The position numbers were made by a program, and so were the translations under genes. A stretch of 60,537 bases of DNA, the filler included, from Basidiobolus meristosporus CBS 931.73 (Eukaryota > Fungi > Basidiobolomycota): assembly GCA_002104905.1 (NCBI GenBank). It is 3 parts of 3 records of this genome, joined end to end, with 100 filler letters (N's around TTAATTAATTAA, not from the genome) between each part and the next. Parts side by side here need not be neighbours in the genome. Positions count along the whole stretch, not along the records: positions 19,847 to 46,201 come from MCFE01000918.1; 2 more parts are not named here. One strand, 5' to 3'. Below, one piece after another: positions 27,837 through 39,500 of this stretch. Position 1 is the stretch's first letter, and every line of letters starts with the position of its first letter. The notes beneath the pieces are model-generated. The model was given only the letters and a program-made list of their open reading frames with translations, made no database searches and had not been told where the DNA came from.

Positions 27837-28535
27837 TGTGGTAAGGTAAACATACCTCCCACAGAAAAGTTTATTCACATAGCTATTATGATGTACTTAT
27901 CCATATTTTATCTTATCAGTATTATCCCATTCTTCTTTTGCCAATATTATTAGTATTAGACTTGTTCCATCATTCCAGCTGATCATAGTGCCCAATAGTG
28001 CCATACCATGCCAGATGGTGCCTGATCATGCCACAGAGTGCCAGATGGTGCCATACAGTGCCAATTTGGGATCAAAATTGACATGCATATGACCCTAAAA
28101 TATCAAATTAATAACAAAATATACAGCACTCTCTGGCACTATGATCAATGGCACAGTGGAACAAGTCTATTATCTCCATATGATGTTTACCTTGATTAGT
28201 TATTAGCATTAGTTATCCCAGATGTTATTCAGCTTTGTGATCAGTATATGTATGTACATAAGGCAGGTACCCACATCAGAACCTGTGACACATGACCTAG
28301 GTCTGTGTTACCATCCCTACCACTTCAATACCATATATGGTATTTCTATGTTGCACAGGTTTTGGACTACTGATCCCTGATTGGTTGAATGTGCTGTGCC
28401 ATTTAGAACCTTCCAGGACATTCTTGGCATATTTTTAGCTCATAGTGATGTCCTCAAGTATTCCACTGATACCTAGAATCTTCTAGAACCTTGTCATTAG
28501 TAATCACATGGCAATCAGCAAAAGTATTCAAGGGA
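27837..28535 (+). mobile_element. Truncated LTR, family C, carrying a MITE
   Basis: Collinear with 4592-5075 apart from the 27958-28168 insert. Confidence 0.8.
27958..28168. mobile_element. 211-bp MITE
   Basis: Perfect 12-bp TIR AGACTTGTTCCA/TGGAACAAGTCT, subterminal inverted TGATCATAGTGCC, ATT (or TATTA) duplication relative to the empty LTR C site, and repeated GTGCCA motifs. Confidence 0.85.
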
Positions 28536-28962
28536 ATGTTATAGTTTACACAATCTTAGCAAAAAACAAGTAGAATATACTGAGGAATGTCACAAGTGCA
28601 TGTCTGCAAATTTGAGGTCTCTTGCACTGCTGTCAGCACCTGATATTCCGGTGGATATGTTCCAAGCTTATTATAGCAGTAGGTTTGGGCTGAAAATAAT
28701 ATGCCCATAAAATTTAATTTTGGCATTTGGTAAATGTAAACTTTAGGTGACAATTCAATTTTTACAATACTTCTCAGATTTCTTTTGCACAGACACTTAA
28801 TGTGCTTTTACTATTATCTTCATGCTGTCTTTTGACAAAATATTTTCTGTCTACATCAAAATATCATTACAATTAAGTGTATTTGCTAAGCCATCACCAA
28901 TCCAGAATATGCATTTACTCAATATTCTCTGAGAAAAAAACTAAGAAATGACTAGCAGACTA

Positions 28963-29372
28963 CCCTTATGAAAAACAATATGGTCCTGTAAGGGAATCCA
29001 ATCTAGATCAGCCATTAGGATCCCACAATGAGGCCATTATAATGCTTGTAGCTTGGAGATATTCACCCTATACACAATCTTGTGGTAGGATTGCAATGGT
29101 GTTTTGCTGCTTTTACTGCCAAGTAAAATAATAGACTAGATGGTGTTTTAAGAGTAAATCAATGGGACTTGCATAGCATTCTGATGATCTTAAAGCAGTC
29201 TACATTTATTTGAGTAGACCTAAACAGCCAACACATGCAAGTACCTATGGAACATCCCAAACTTGAAACTTTACTGCTGCTCCACAAATATTCTATTAGT
29301 ATATTGCCAGTATTCAGCCAGTGTTTTTGGTTCCAATTTCAGTTGCTATTTTTGACAAAGGTAGCAGAGAGC
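28963..29372 (-). mobile_element. CACTA-like terminus and subterminal region, interrupted by a copia LTR
   Basis: CCCTTATGAAAAACAAT followed by the same subterminal block seen at 30517, 32262 and 50537. Confidence 0.6.
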
Positions 29373-30516
29373 TAGTTGATACAGAAGTTTGCATTTCCAC
29401 ATAAACACTTACCTAGATTAGCCACTTAGATCATTACCTACAAATCTTAGAGGAGACTGTCCAAGTTCCTTGTTGGGATTTTCTTGGAATATTTTCACCA
29501 ATTTATCAGCTACCCAAAACATGAAAATTCTCATAGTTGTCCAAACAGCCCTAAACTTGGCACACATGTTGTTAGGACCTTTATAAATATACTCTAGGTG
29601 CTTGTTATGTCAGGGCCATGTAAAGTACATTTACTACTATACATTTAATAGTTCATCAAGTGAAAGCCATATAATGTACTTAATATCCCAATCACTTCTA
29701 GAACCTCCAAGACTCTTAAAACAGGTTATGAGCCCCAAGCTGTCACTCTCTGCAGTGAGCACTACTCTTATTACTCATATCTTTCCCTCCGCTCATAAGC
29801 TGGATGCATCCAAGTACCAAGTGTGGAAGGTAGATGAAGATGCTGCTATAAGAAAGAGGCCCTTGGGATATTGCCATGGGAGCAGACTGCCCTCCTAACA
29901 ATGTTGCAGATGTAGCCTTGAAGTACTAGACAAAAGAGCAAGGTGCCTTTAACTGTATAGGTCTTGATGTTACATACAAGTTACTAACTCAATGCGCAAG
30001 AGCAAAACAGCAAAGAATGCCTGGAAGGCATTAGAAGATACCTACCCATCATGTTCAGCTGCCAAGAAAATGTATGTTAGATAAGAATTTGTAATTACAA
30101 CGATGCTGCCAGGTGGAAGTAATGAAAAATCAAATCAACAGAAATACCCTGATGTCTGATGAGATAGAATCTGTGGGTGCACCAACCTCTGAAAAGGATG
30201 TGTTAGTCACCATCCTGAGTAGCCTGACAGATGAGTCTCAGGGCCTTGTATCAGCCCTAGAGTCCACAATGAAGAACTGACCTTAAATTATATATATGGT
30301 GGGCTCTTGCATAAAGAATTGAGATTATCAAGCGACAAGCAGAAACAAGAAGAAAATGCCTTAATAAGCAATGATATCCAACAAAGGAGGTATTCAAAAG
30401 CCTTGAAGGGCAGCAGCAAGCTTTTATGCAACTACTGCAAAAGAAAAGGAAACATACAACACTGGTGACTTGCAAATGGAGAAATTCAGTAAAAGAAGCC
30501 TGAATATAGAAATGCA
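29373..30516 (+). mobile_element. Ty1/copia family D relic: 5' LTR, PBS, gag
   Basis: LTR ends AAAACA at 29723, followed by the copia-type PBS GGTTATGAGCCC (29724-29735). Gag relics KLDASKYQVWK, KNAWKALEDTY, LVTILSSL and CNYCKRKG. Truncated by a CACTA end. Confidence 0.85.
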
Positions 30517-31835
30517 CCCTGTAAAAAATAATTTGGTTCTGCAGGTAGGTCTCAATTGGATCAGCCATCACAATTAAGCAATGAAGAAATCATAATGCTG
30601 GCAGCTTGGAATTATTGTCCCTCTTTACAATCTTATGGTGTGAATGTGATAATGTTTTGCTGATTTTACTGCTTTATTGGTAAGTGAGCTTGATGGTGTT
30701 TAGATGGTTCAACAGAATTCATATCTTAATCTAATGGTCCTATTGCAGGATGCACTTATTTGAGCAGACCCTACTGGCCAGTATATGCAAGTTCCATATG
30801 TGGAAAAAAACTTGATTGTATTTTGATGTCCTTGATGCAGAGATCTATTAGCATTATAATAGCAGTACAATGGCCCATAGCTAGAGCTGTATGACTACTA
30901 TACCAGTTTGTTAAATGATATAATGATACCTCATCTTGCACCATTTGTGTTTTCCATTGCAAAATCACCCCAATTTATTTGCTCACCCACTACTGCCATG
31001 TGTATTCCACATATAGTTCAAATCAAAAAGAACTGTGGCCCCCTACTTAGTAAGCACTGCATACATGCACACCTGCAGTAATTCACACACTCAACATTAC
31101 AGCTTTTCAGTGTCATACTAGCAAAGTGCCAATATACCTTGTACTGCTAGTAGCATATTAATATAACAAACATATTCTTAGTTGCCACCACTTTTGCTAT
31201 TAATACTTCTTGAACACCCACAAAATACTATTTGGTACTTAGCCCATATAATCCTTCTCCAAGTAGTACACTAGTTCCCTTATAGGTGCACTTGAGTTCT
31301 TGCTAGTGTGAATCCCATATTGAAAGGTGTGAAAATAGGCTTGTACTCAGTAGTTGCCCAGCTTACTTTGGTAAAGTAGTCCTAGTAGAAATTAGTAGCT
31401 TATTGCATCCAACTTACCCTTGCATTACTCAACCAATTACCCACACTCTGGGTTGCTTAGCTTTATGATGGCAAATGCATAGGGATCTCCATGTGCACAT
31501 CTGTGTGCAGTACTCTTCAATTCTTCTTGGCTGTTGCACATATGCCAGCCCATCACATTTGTGATAGACTTGAAGGTAACATTCTTCAGGAAATTAAGAT
31601 ATGATGGCACTGGTATCTTGACTTGTCTTCCAATCTCCTTACACATCTGCCCAACAGAAAACTCCCAAAAGGTGATAGAGAGTCCAAAATTCTCTGCATA
31701 GCAGGTATGTTTCAGTATAAGAAATATTTTGGTCCTGCAGGTGGATCCAATCCAGCCCAGCTGTTGTGATCTGGTTATGAATCTGTCATAATGCTGGCAG
31801 CTTGGAACTATTAGCTCTCTACACAATCTTATGGT
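30517..31835 (-). mobile_element. CACTA-like fragment (terminus plus transposase 3' part)
   Basis: CCCTGTAAAAAATAAT terminus; FWEFSVGQMCKEIGRQVK (DUF4218-like region). Confidence 0.7.
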
Positions 31836-31837
31836 TG

Positions 31838-32261
31838 TGTGGTTGGGTCATAATGATACTTACCAACAGATGTGCTTAGTCCCATATTCTCTACTACCGT
31901 TATGTTATATTTATCCTATTTGTTTTATGTGATCATGAGAGTCCATGAGCTGGCTGACTAGGACAACTGCTTTTCTCACTACAAAGGTTATTCCTCACTT
32001 TATGTAACATTACTAGATGTAAAGCTTCTAAGTCAGGCAACTCCCTGTACCAGTGACTGTGAGATATGACCCACTTATTTCCCCAACCTTACCATTCTCT
32101 TCCCATGTGTGGTACCTCAACATTACACAAATTTCAGAATCCTGATCCCTGGTTTGTTGGATATGCAGTACCTCTTTGAACATTCTCAGCCTGTTCAGAT
32201 GTCATTAAGATATCTTCTGACCTCTGGAATCTTCTAGAACACCATGACTAGTTATCACATA
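31838..32261 (+). mobile_element. Diverged B/C-related LTR fragment
   Basis: Shares CAGATGTGCT, CCTCACTTTATGTAA and GATGTCATTAAGAT with LTR B; cut by the CACTA terminus at 32262. Confidence 0.65.
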
Positions 32262-35200
32262 CCCTATAAAAAATAATTTGGTCCCGCAGGTGGATCCAAT
32301 CCAGATCAGCCATCAAGATCCCATTTAGAGACCATTATAATTACAGCAGCTTGGAATTAGTGACCCTCCTGACAATCTTATGACAAGATCATGACGTTAT
32401 TTTGCTAATTTTACAGCCAAATAAAGGGATAAAACTTGACAATATTCTATTTGTGCTGTGACAATATTTGCATGGTATTGTTGCAATCTTTCAGTGCTCT
32501 ATGACTATTTTAAGTGAATCCAGTTGGCCAGGACATCCAATTGCCCTAAATGGCAAGAAACTTGACTGTACTTTGACAGCCTCACAGCAAGACTCTGATG
32601 GCATTATATTGGCAGTATGATGGCCTACTGCTGGTTCTGTATAATGCCACTGTACCAATATACCATTTAGTATTTGCTTTCCCTACCTCCCCTTGTGCAA
32701 TTCATATATTCCACTGTAGAATCACCTTTCTTTATTTGCTTACCCACCACCACCTTGGGTATTCCACATATAGTTTGAACAAAAAAAAACTATGGCCTCC
32801 TGCTTACTAACCACTGCAAATGCACACACCTGCCGCAATTGACATACTTCTATCACCTCAGCTTTACAACTTTTTAGTGTAATACTTGCAGAGTTACCAT
32901 ATACCTTGTACTGCTGGTAACATGTACATCTGGCAAACATATGCTTAGTTGGTACCACTTCTGCTATGAATACCTTCTGAATATTGGCAAAGAACTTTTT
33001 GTTATTTAGCCAATATATTCCTTCTGCCTGCTGGATTCTAGTTCCCCTTATAGGTGCGTTCTGGCTTTTACTTGTGTGAATTTGGTATTGAATGGTGTAG
33101 AAGTTAGCTTGTGACCACAAGAAATCCTGCATATCTTGGTGGAGTTTTCCTGACAAAAAATAGCTGCTTGTTGCACCCAACCCAACTTTGCATTACTTAG
33201 CTGATTACCCACACATTGGGGCTGCTTAGCTTCTTAATGCCATAGGCATAGGTGTCTCCATGTGCTCATTTGTCCTCAGTATTTTCCAACTCTTTCTGGC
33301 AGTCCTCCATGCGCCAACTCATCACATCCATGACAGACTTGAAGGTAATATTCTTGATGTGATTGGGATATGGTAGTACCTGCAACTTGACTTGTCTTCC
33401 TATATCCCCACACATCCTCTCCATTGGAAACTCCCAAAAGGTGAAGCAAGGTCCAATATTCTCAACATACCAAGTGCAATGGAGTAGCATATGAATTCAG
33501 TAGCGGCAGAGATCTACATGTTCAGCTTTATGTTTGTAGTATAGCTACTCAAATCCTGTCACAAACTCTTTACACAAAAGCTGCAGGTGCGTCAAGTTGG
33601 CATTGGTGATCCACTTCTGGATACATATTCCTACAATGTTGACATATGACTCCCAATGCTTCCAATTTACACTTAGTAGAAATAGCTTCAGAGGGCCACT
33701 TGAATAAATACACATTCAGTTCATCCAGTCCTTGCACTTGTATTGTTGCATATGCATATGAATGTTGATTGGAGCCTGTGAGAAGTACTTAGGGTAGTGG
33801 ATACTCTGTAATATCTTGCCAATTCTTTCAAGTTTCTCCGGTATCTCAAGGGCTCCTTTAGCTTGAAATGCCCCATGTACAACTTAGTTATCAGTATATA
33901 TATAGGAATATTGTTGAAAAGCAAATGCATTACTCCCAGTGGAAAGCTTTTACTTCAACAGATACCCTCTATCTTAAGTATCTACCGTTTCTGATTAATT
34001 CATATTTTGGCCAATGGTGTATAGCTTGCCAACTTTGCAGCAATTACATGTTGACTTCTGTATGCTCTCTCTGTGGAATGATGATGTTCTTAGCGTTGGT
34101 GTTTGGGTAATAATAATGTGTATGACAATGTCCACATATGCCACCCAATGCTTCAATGTACTCTTGGTAGGAATGGCTTCAGGACACCACTTGAATAAAT
34201 ACATATCCAGTTCATCCAGTCTTTGCATTAGTATTGTTGCATATGTGTAAGAATATTAATTGGAGCGTGTGAGAAGTACTTAGGGTAGCAGATACTCCAT
34301 AATATCTTGCCAATTCTTTCAAATTTCTCCGGTATCTCAAAGGGCTCATTTAGCCTGAAATGCCCCATGTACAACTTGGTCATCAGTAAAGGGCTATTGT
34401 TGAAAAGCAAATGCATTGCTCCCAGTGGAAAGCTTTTGCTCCAACAGATACCCTCTATCTAAAGTGTCTCTGGTTTCCAATCAATTCCATATTCTGGCCA
34501 ATGGCGTATAGCTTGCCAACGTTGCTGTAATTGTATGCTGACTTCTGTACATTCTCTCTGTGGAAAGATGATGTTCTAAGTGCTGGTATTTGGGTAATAA
34601 CAATGTGTGTGAGTAATGGAGTAAATCACCTGGATCTCACAAATTCATCAGCAATACCATCCATTGTGCCCAGAAAAACCTGCTATCTTGCTGATGGCTG
34701 GGGTATCTCTAATGCAGATAATAATATGCACTTTACATGACTGCCATTTACCATTATTCTGCTAGAAAGCAATCAAAATTCATCCAGCAATGGATACAGG
34801 CAGCCATCCAGGTTGGACAGTGATTTAGGCCCAGATACCAGTGAGACTACCATCATATTATTGCTCTGATACCATAAGATGGACAGCAGATTCAGATTGA
34901 TAAGAATCAGTGGCCAGCAGAATTTGCTGGTAGAGTACTTGTTTAATGAGAATTCATGAAGTGCTATAGCAAAGGCATGTTTGTGCATACCTTCAAAGTA
35001 GCCCTTGCTTCCTAGCTGTTTGTAATGTTTGCTATAGAATATATTGGATATGTTTGCACTTGATTGATACTGAGTGTGGTATTGTATAGCTTTGCAATAT
35101 TTGTCAGACTGCATCAGCTTTCTCAGATGGTGTATGACCGGTGTGGTGGTGTATAGGTCCAAGGGAGAGATATGTTCAACACTTCTCAAGTGTTTTGTGT

Positions 35201-36375
35201 GTGGGGTGTTCACTGGGTGCAATAACCTCTGGCAAAAGCTTGCTAGGAATACTTGGGTTCTGTCTCTAATCTAATGTGAAGGGGAATAAAGCCACAAGCT
35301 TGTCAAGGGAAAACTATTGAGCTACAATCCCCAACTTAGTTGGCATCTTAACAAAAGTATGTGCTGGGTTCAGCATCCTCTGAGATGACAATGTACTAAA
35401 GCTTCCAAAGTCAAAACAACTGTAAACTCCACCAGCAGGGACTTGATAAGAATACAGCTGTGGTCAATAGTTACAAAGACAGAAAAGTATCTTTGCCTGT
35501 ACAAGAACAAACTTGGGAAAGAATCAAAGATAACAAAAGATACCTACTCTGAGTATTCCTCACAACTAGTGCCTCAAAGGTTAGTTGGCTGTCAGCACAG
35601 TTTCCTGGGAGTGTCCTGTGGTTTTGGGTTGGAAGTTCAGGTAGCAGCAGGGAGCAGTGATCACACTAATCAACAAGTCAGTATATTGATAAAAGGGATT
35701 ATGACCCATTGTTGAGGGATAACCTCCCTTATATACTTTTCTCACTGGCTAAGTGATTACTAAGCATGGTATTCCAGAAGGTTCTGGATATCAATAGAAA
35801 TCTATATGACATCAGAATGACCTAAGAATTTTCTAAGTACGTGCTGGATGGTTGTAAGAAGCACAGCACATCCAACCAATCAGGAATCAGTATTCTGAAA
35901 CCCGGGTAACATAGGAATACCATATATGGAGTGGAAATGGTAGAGATGGTGACACAGGTTGATCATGTGTCACAGGTACTGGTATGGGTACTTGCCTAAT
36001 ATAGAAGCACTTATAGCTAGTAATCTTATATAAAGTGAGGGGTAACTTATGCAATAAGGTAAGCAGGTGTGATAGTCAACCGGCTTATAGGATAGTACTG
36101 ATTGGGTAAGATAAATGGGATTAAAGTAAAATAAGTGTAGAAGAGATATAGGGAAGTAGAAAATCAGGGAATGAGCACATCTGTTAGTGGGTGTCACTGT
36201 CATCCCACTACACCGGATTATATCTGGAGTGTGAACAATGTTTTCCCTCAATGGTGGTGGATTACTGACAAATTGGGTGCGTTGCATTGGTAGCATTTTT
36301 GGATGTGAATGCCATGCAACTGTTAACACATGCTGTGATCAGAACAGTCTCAGGATCATATGTTACCGGCCACAT
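32262..36375 (-). mobile_element. CACTA-like element (terminus plus transposase, internal tandem duplication, solo LTR B insert)
   Basis: CCCTATAAAAAATAAT terminus; ENIGPCFTFWEFPMERMCG and CWPLILINLNLL..VSGPKSL..YPLLDEF. Segment 33700-34020 is repeated at 34190-34505. Confidence 0.8.
35142..36212 (-). mobile_element. Solo LTR, family B
   Basis: TGTGGTGG..CCACTACA with a perfect 4-bp TSD CCGG. Confidence 0.95.
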
Positions 36376-36551
36376 GGCACTTCACAAATAACTCCATTAA
36401 AATCTACCATTCATTAAGAATCTCTGTTATAATGCCCATTTACTATGACTTTGCCTATGAGAAATAATTGCAATGAGCACATCTGAAGGCCATTGCAAAG
36501 TTAAAGTCCTGTGGCTAAGAGGTAATGACCCTGTCAGGATAATGTGCAAAC

Positions 36552-39500
36552 ACCATTGAAAAATAATTGCACCCCATACTTACCAAAAATCTAGTCAAAG
36601 TTTTTCATCACAACAATTCATAGGTGGCATTTGGTTCCATCTCAGCCTATTACCTCCCTCTCTGATCCAAACATTCAATGACCTCCTATGTATGCATGCA
36701 TTGATTGACTATTGCCTCTTTTTTGCACTCCTTACTTCCTGATTCAACCAATTCTGTTACTTTGCATGCATATATACTGATTTATTTGCTTTGAAACTTC
36801 AGTTGTACCTCAATTGCCAGTTGTGTTAACCTATATAAGTCCCTTTACCCAACCCTAACACTAAGCTCAGCACCACAATCAGCAAGTAACCTCATTAAAA
36901 TCCACCACTCAATTAGTATTTCTGCAGTTATGCTCTTTTTCCATGACTTTGGCGTGAGCAATATGGCTTTATGCCACTGTTCACTCACTAATTCCTATAT
37001 ATCCCAGTCTTCAGCTGGCACTGCAAAGGTTAGCACCTCATTCACCAGTCTTTGCGATAGATGCATGCAATATTGAGTACATTTTTTTGAGCTCAGCTCT
37101 TGAAGAAGTGCTGCAACCACTTGGTGTGCCTATTAGTGTTCCAAAACTCCACTGCAGGCATTGTTATAGTCTTTTGAGTTCTTGACATTATTGCCTTGTC
37201 TTTCAGTAGGATATCCACTCTATCAACAGTGGAGGATGTGGAGGCTGTGCTAGACAAATGCCTTTCTCTGCAAACTCATCTACCTCACTAGAGTGCAGCT
37301 TGATTGGTTGTGCTTCCAGCACCTGAGAAAAAGCTGTTGTCTTGTTGGTACTTCTTACTGGCTATGATGGGTTCTACCTGTTCTGGGCTCATGGTATTAA
37401 TTGGCAAGAACTACACCTTGTTTCTTATGCTCTCCTGGCTCTGGCTTAGATATACCTTTTTCCCTTTGCCTTTCCTTTAGCATTGACAGGTCTTTTACTG
37501 TTAATTTGTCTGAGTGCTTCTTGTATTTAAGTACGTTTACTTCTGGATATATGCTGCTCTGATGCATCTGTTTAAGCCTGCTTGTCCCTTACTGGCACTC
37601 TACTGACAACCAGATGTTTCCTTGCTGCGTGTCTTTCAGCCCTGGCTGCAACAGGCTCCTAAGGGAGTAGCTGGTGTTTTCACTGCCAGGTCTTTCACTG
37701 CTGCTTTAACTGAGTGCTTCTTGAATGGTACTATGCTGTTTCTGCGAGAAATTTTGTGCTGATGTATCCATGTCTGCTTACTTGTCCCTTGTTGGCACTC
37801 TTCCAGCTCCCTGACATCTTTTTGGCACATGTTTAGAGCTTTTGGCTCAGCTTGTAATAGACTATTGAGGAAGCTGCTGTTTTTAGCCTTGGCAACTATG
37901 TTTTTCTGCCTTTGACAGTTTTTGCAACTCTTGAGATACTTTCTTAGCTTACAAATGCTGACTAAAATCTGTTTGCCTGTTTGAATCCTGGATAATGCAC
38001 ATGAAACAAGTCAAGCAAATTCTGCCTGGCCTCAAGTTCCAGATGGTACCATGGCATGCCAGCCTTAAGGTGATAGAGACCTAGGCTTCTTACAGCCTCT
38101 TGAGATTAGCCCACTCTTCATTGTTGCATGCAAAGGCTTTGCAGATCTTCAGTGTCTTTTGACATTTAGGCTTTAGTACATACACCACAATCTCTCCTTC
38201 CCATTCTGCAGTAGTATTTTCTGTGGGCTTTATCTTTGGGCATTGTTGTTGTGCTTCAAAAACCCTATGGTCCTCCTCTACTGTTACTTGGGGAAACAGC
38301 TGAATTCTTGGCTGTACCTTTGCACTACTTCAGTTCCTTCTTTATTGCAAAGATACTGTGTTCTCTACCAGGGACATTGATTGCTCTATACATACTGTGA
38401 GCACATCCAGTTTCAGGAATTTTTCCAGATTTTGCTGGGCCACTGCATCTATCCTATAAGCCACTGAACTTAAATACCTTTTTAATACTTTGGCATGAGC
38501 TGACAACAAACTTGCTAATATGGGCAATGGTGATGTTATGATGGCCATTTGCTGGTCAGCAACCAAAGGTATTGTGTTTGCCACACTCTCAATGGCCTGA
38601 GCAATATGGTTAGCTTGCAGCTCTACAGAGATACTCAATTGCCTGCTTGGCTTAGAGCCAGAGAGGTCTGCATTATTCCTGTCAGTGGGCACACATTCAG
38701 TATGGCTATTGTTGGATTTAGCCCTGCTTGTTGCACGTAATGTCAAAGCAAGCCATGGTCCATTCATTCTTCTGCTGCTGTTTGCAGTGTAGTTTGGTCT
38801 TGAACCGCACAACATTGCTTTACTTTTTGGCAGCATATATATGGAAGTGAGTCAAGCCAAAGCAGAAATAGTCTTACATATATAAGCGCATGTAGTGCCA
38901 CAACCTTATTTGTAATGCTTAATATGATAGGCCATCATTGCATGTTACATTCATGTAGATGCAATATCTCACATACAGGACTATCTTAAGCTCACATGAC
39001 CATTGACAAAAGAGTGATATAATAGTGATATGTTGTTGAGTGTCAAGCTGTTTGCCCCATGGAGAAGACAACTCTGATTCAATGCCATAAAAAAGGGAAA
39101 AAGGACCATGTTGATATAATAACATGGGTCTCAGCCATGAAGCAAGCAGACAGTATAGGGAGTTTTAAAACAATCATGGCCAGTGTTTTGCTACACAAAT
39201 CATATCTGACCATTCTTCAGTCCCTACTATACAGGCAACATGAACATTCACAGGTCACTACCATACCAAAAATATCTTGCTGGCCACTTCATACTTCTAT
39301 AATGGCACCTAGCCATACTTGTCACCTTGCACAAACTGAGTCTGGTGAGTTTGTGACACCTTTGAGCTCACCTCAGCCTTCTGAATAGGGCATGCTGAGA
39401 GATAGCTCTGAAGAAGAAGGCTCACTGATTGATTGTGACCCTATATCTGTGAACATCAGAGCTCACTACAAGCCTGGCAAAATTGCAATATGCAATGAAA

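Noticed and set aside
13149-35715. Recurrent 90-aa ORF MIRMQLWSIVTK.. in four places
   Set aside because: It lies within LTR B, starts at TTG, and is broken in one copy; recurrence is explained by LTR copy identity.
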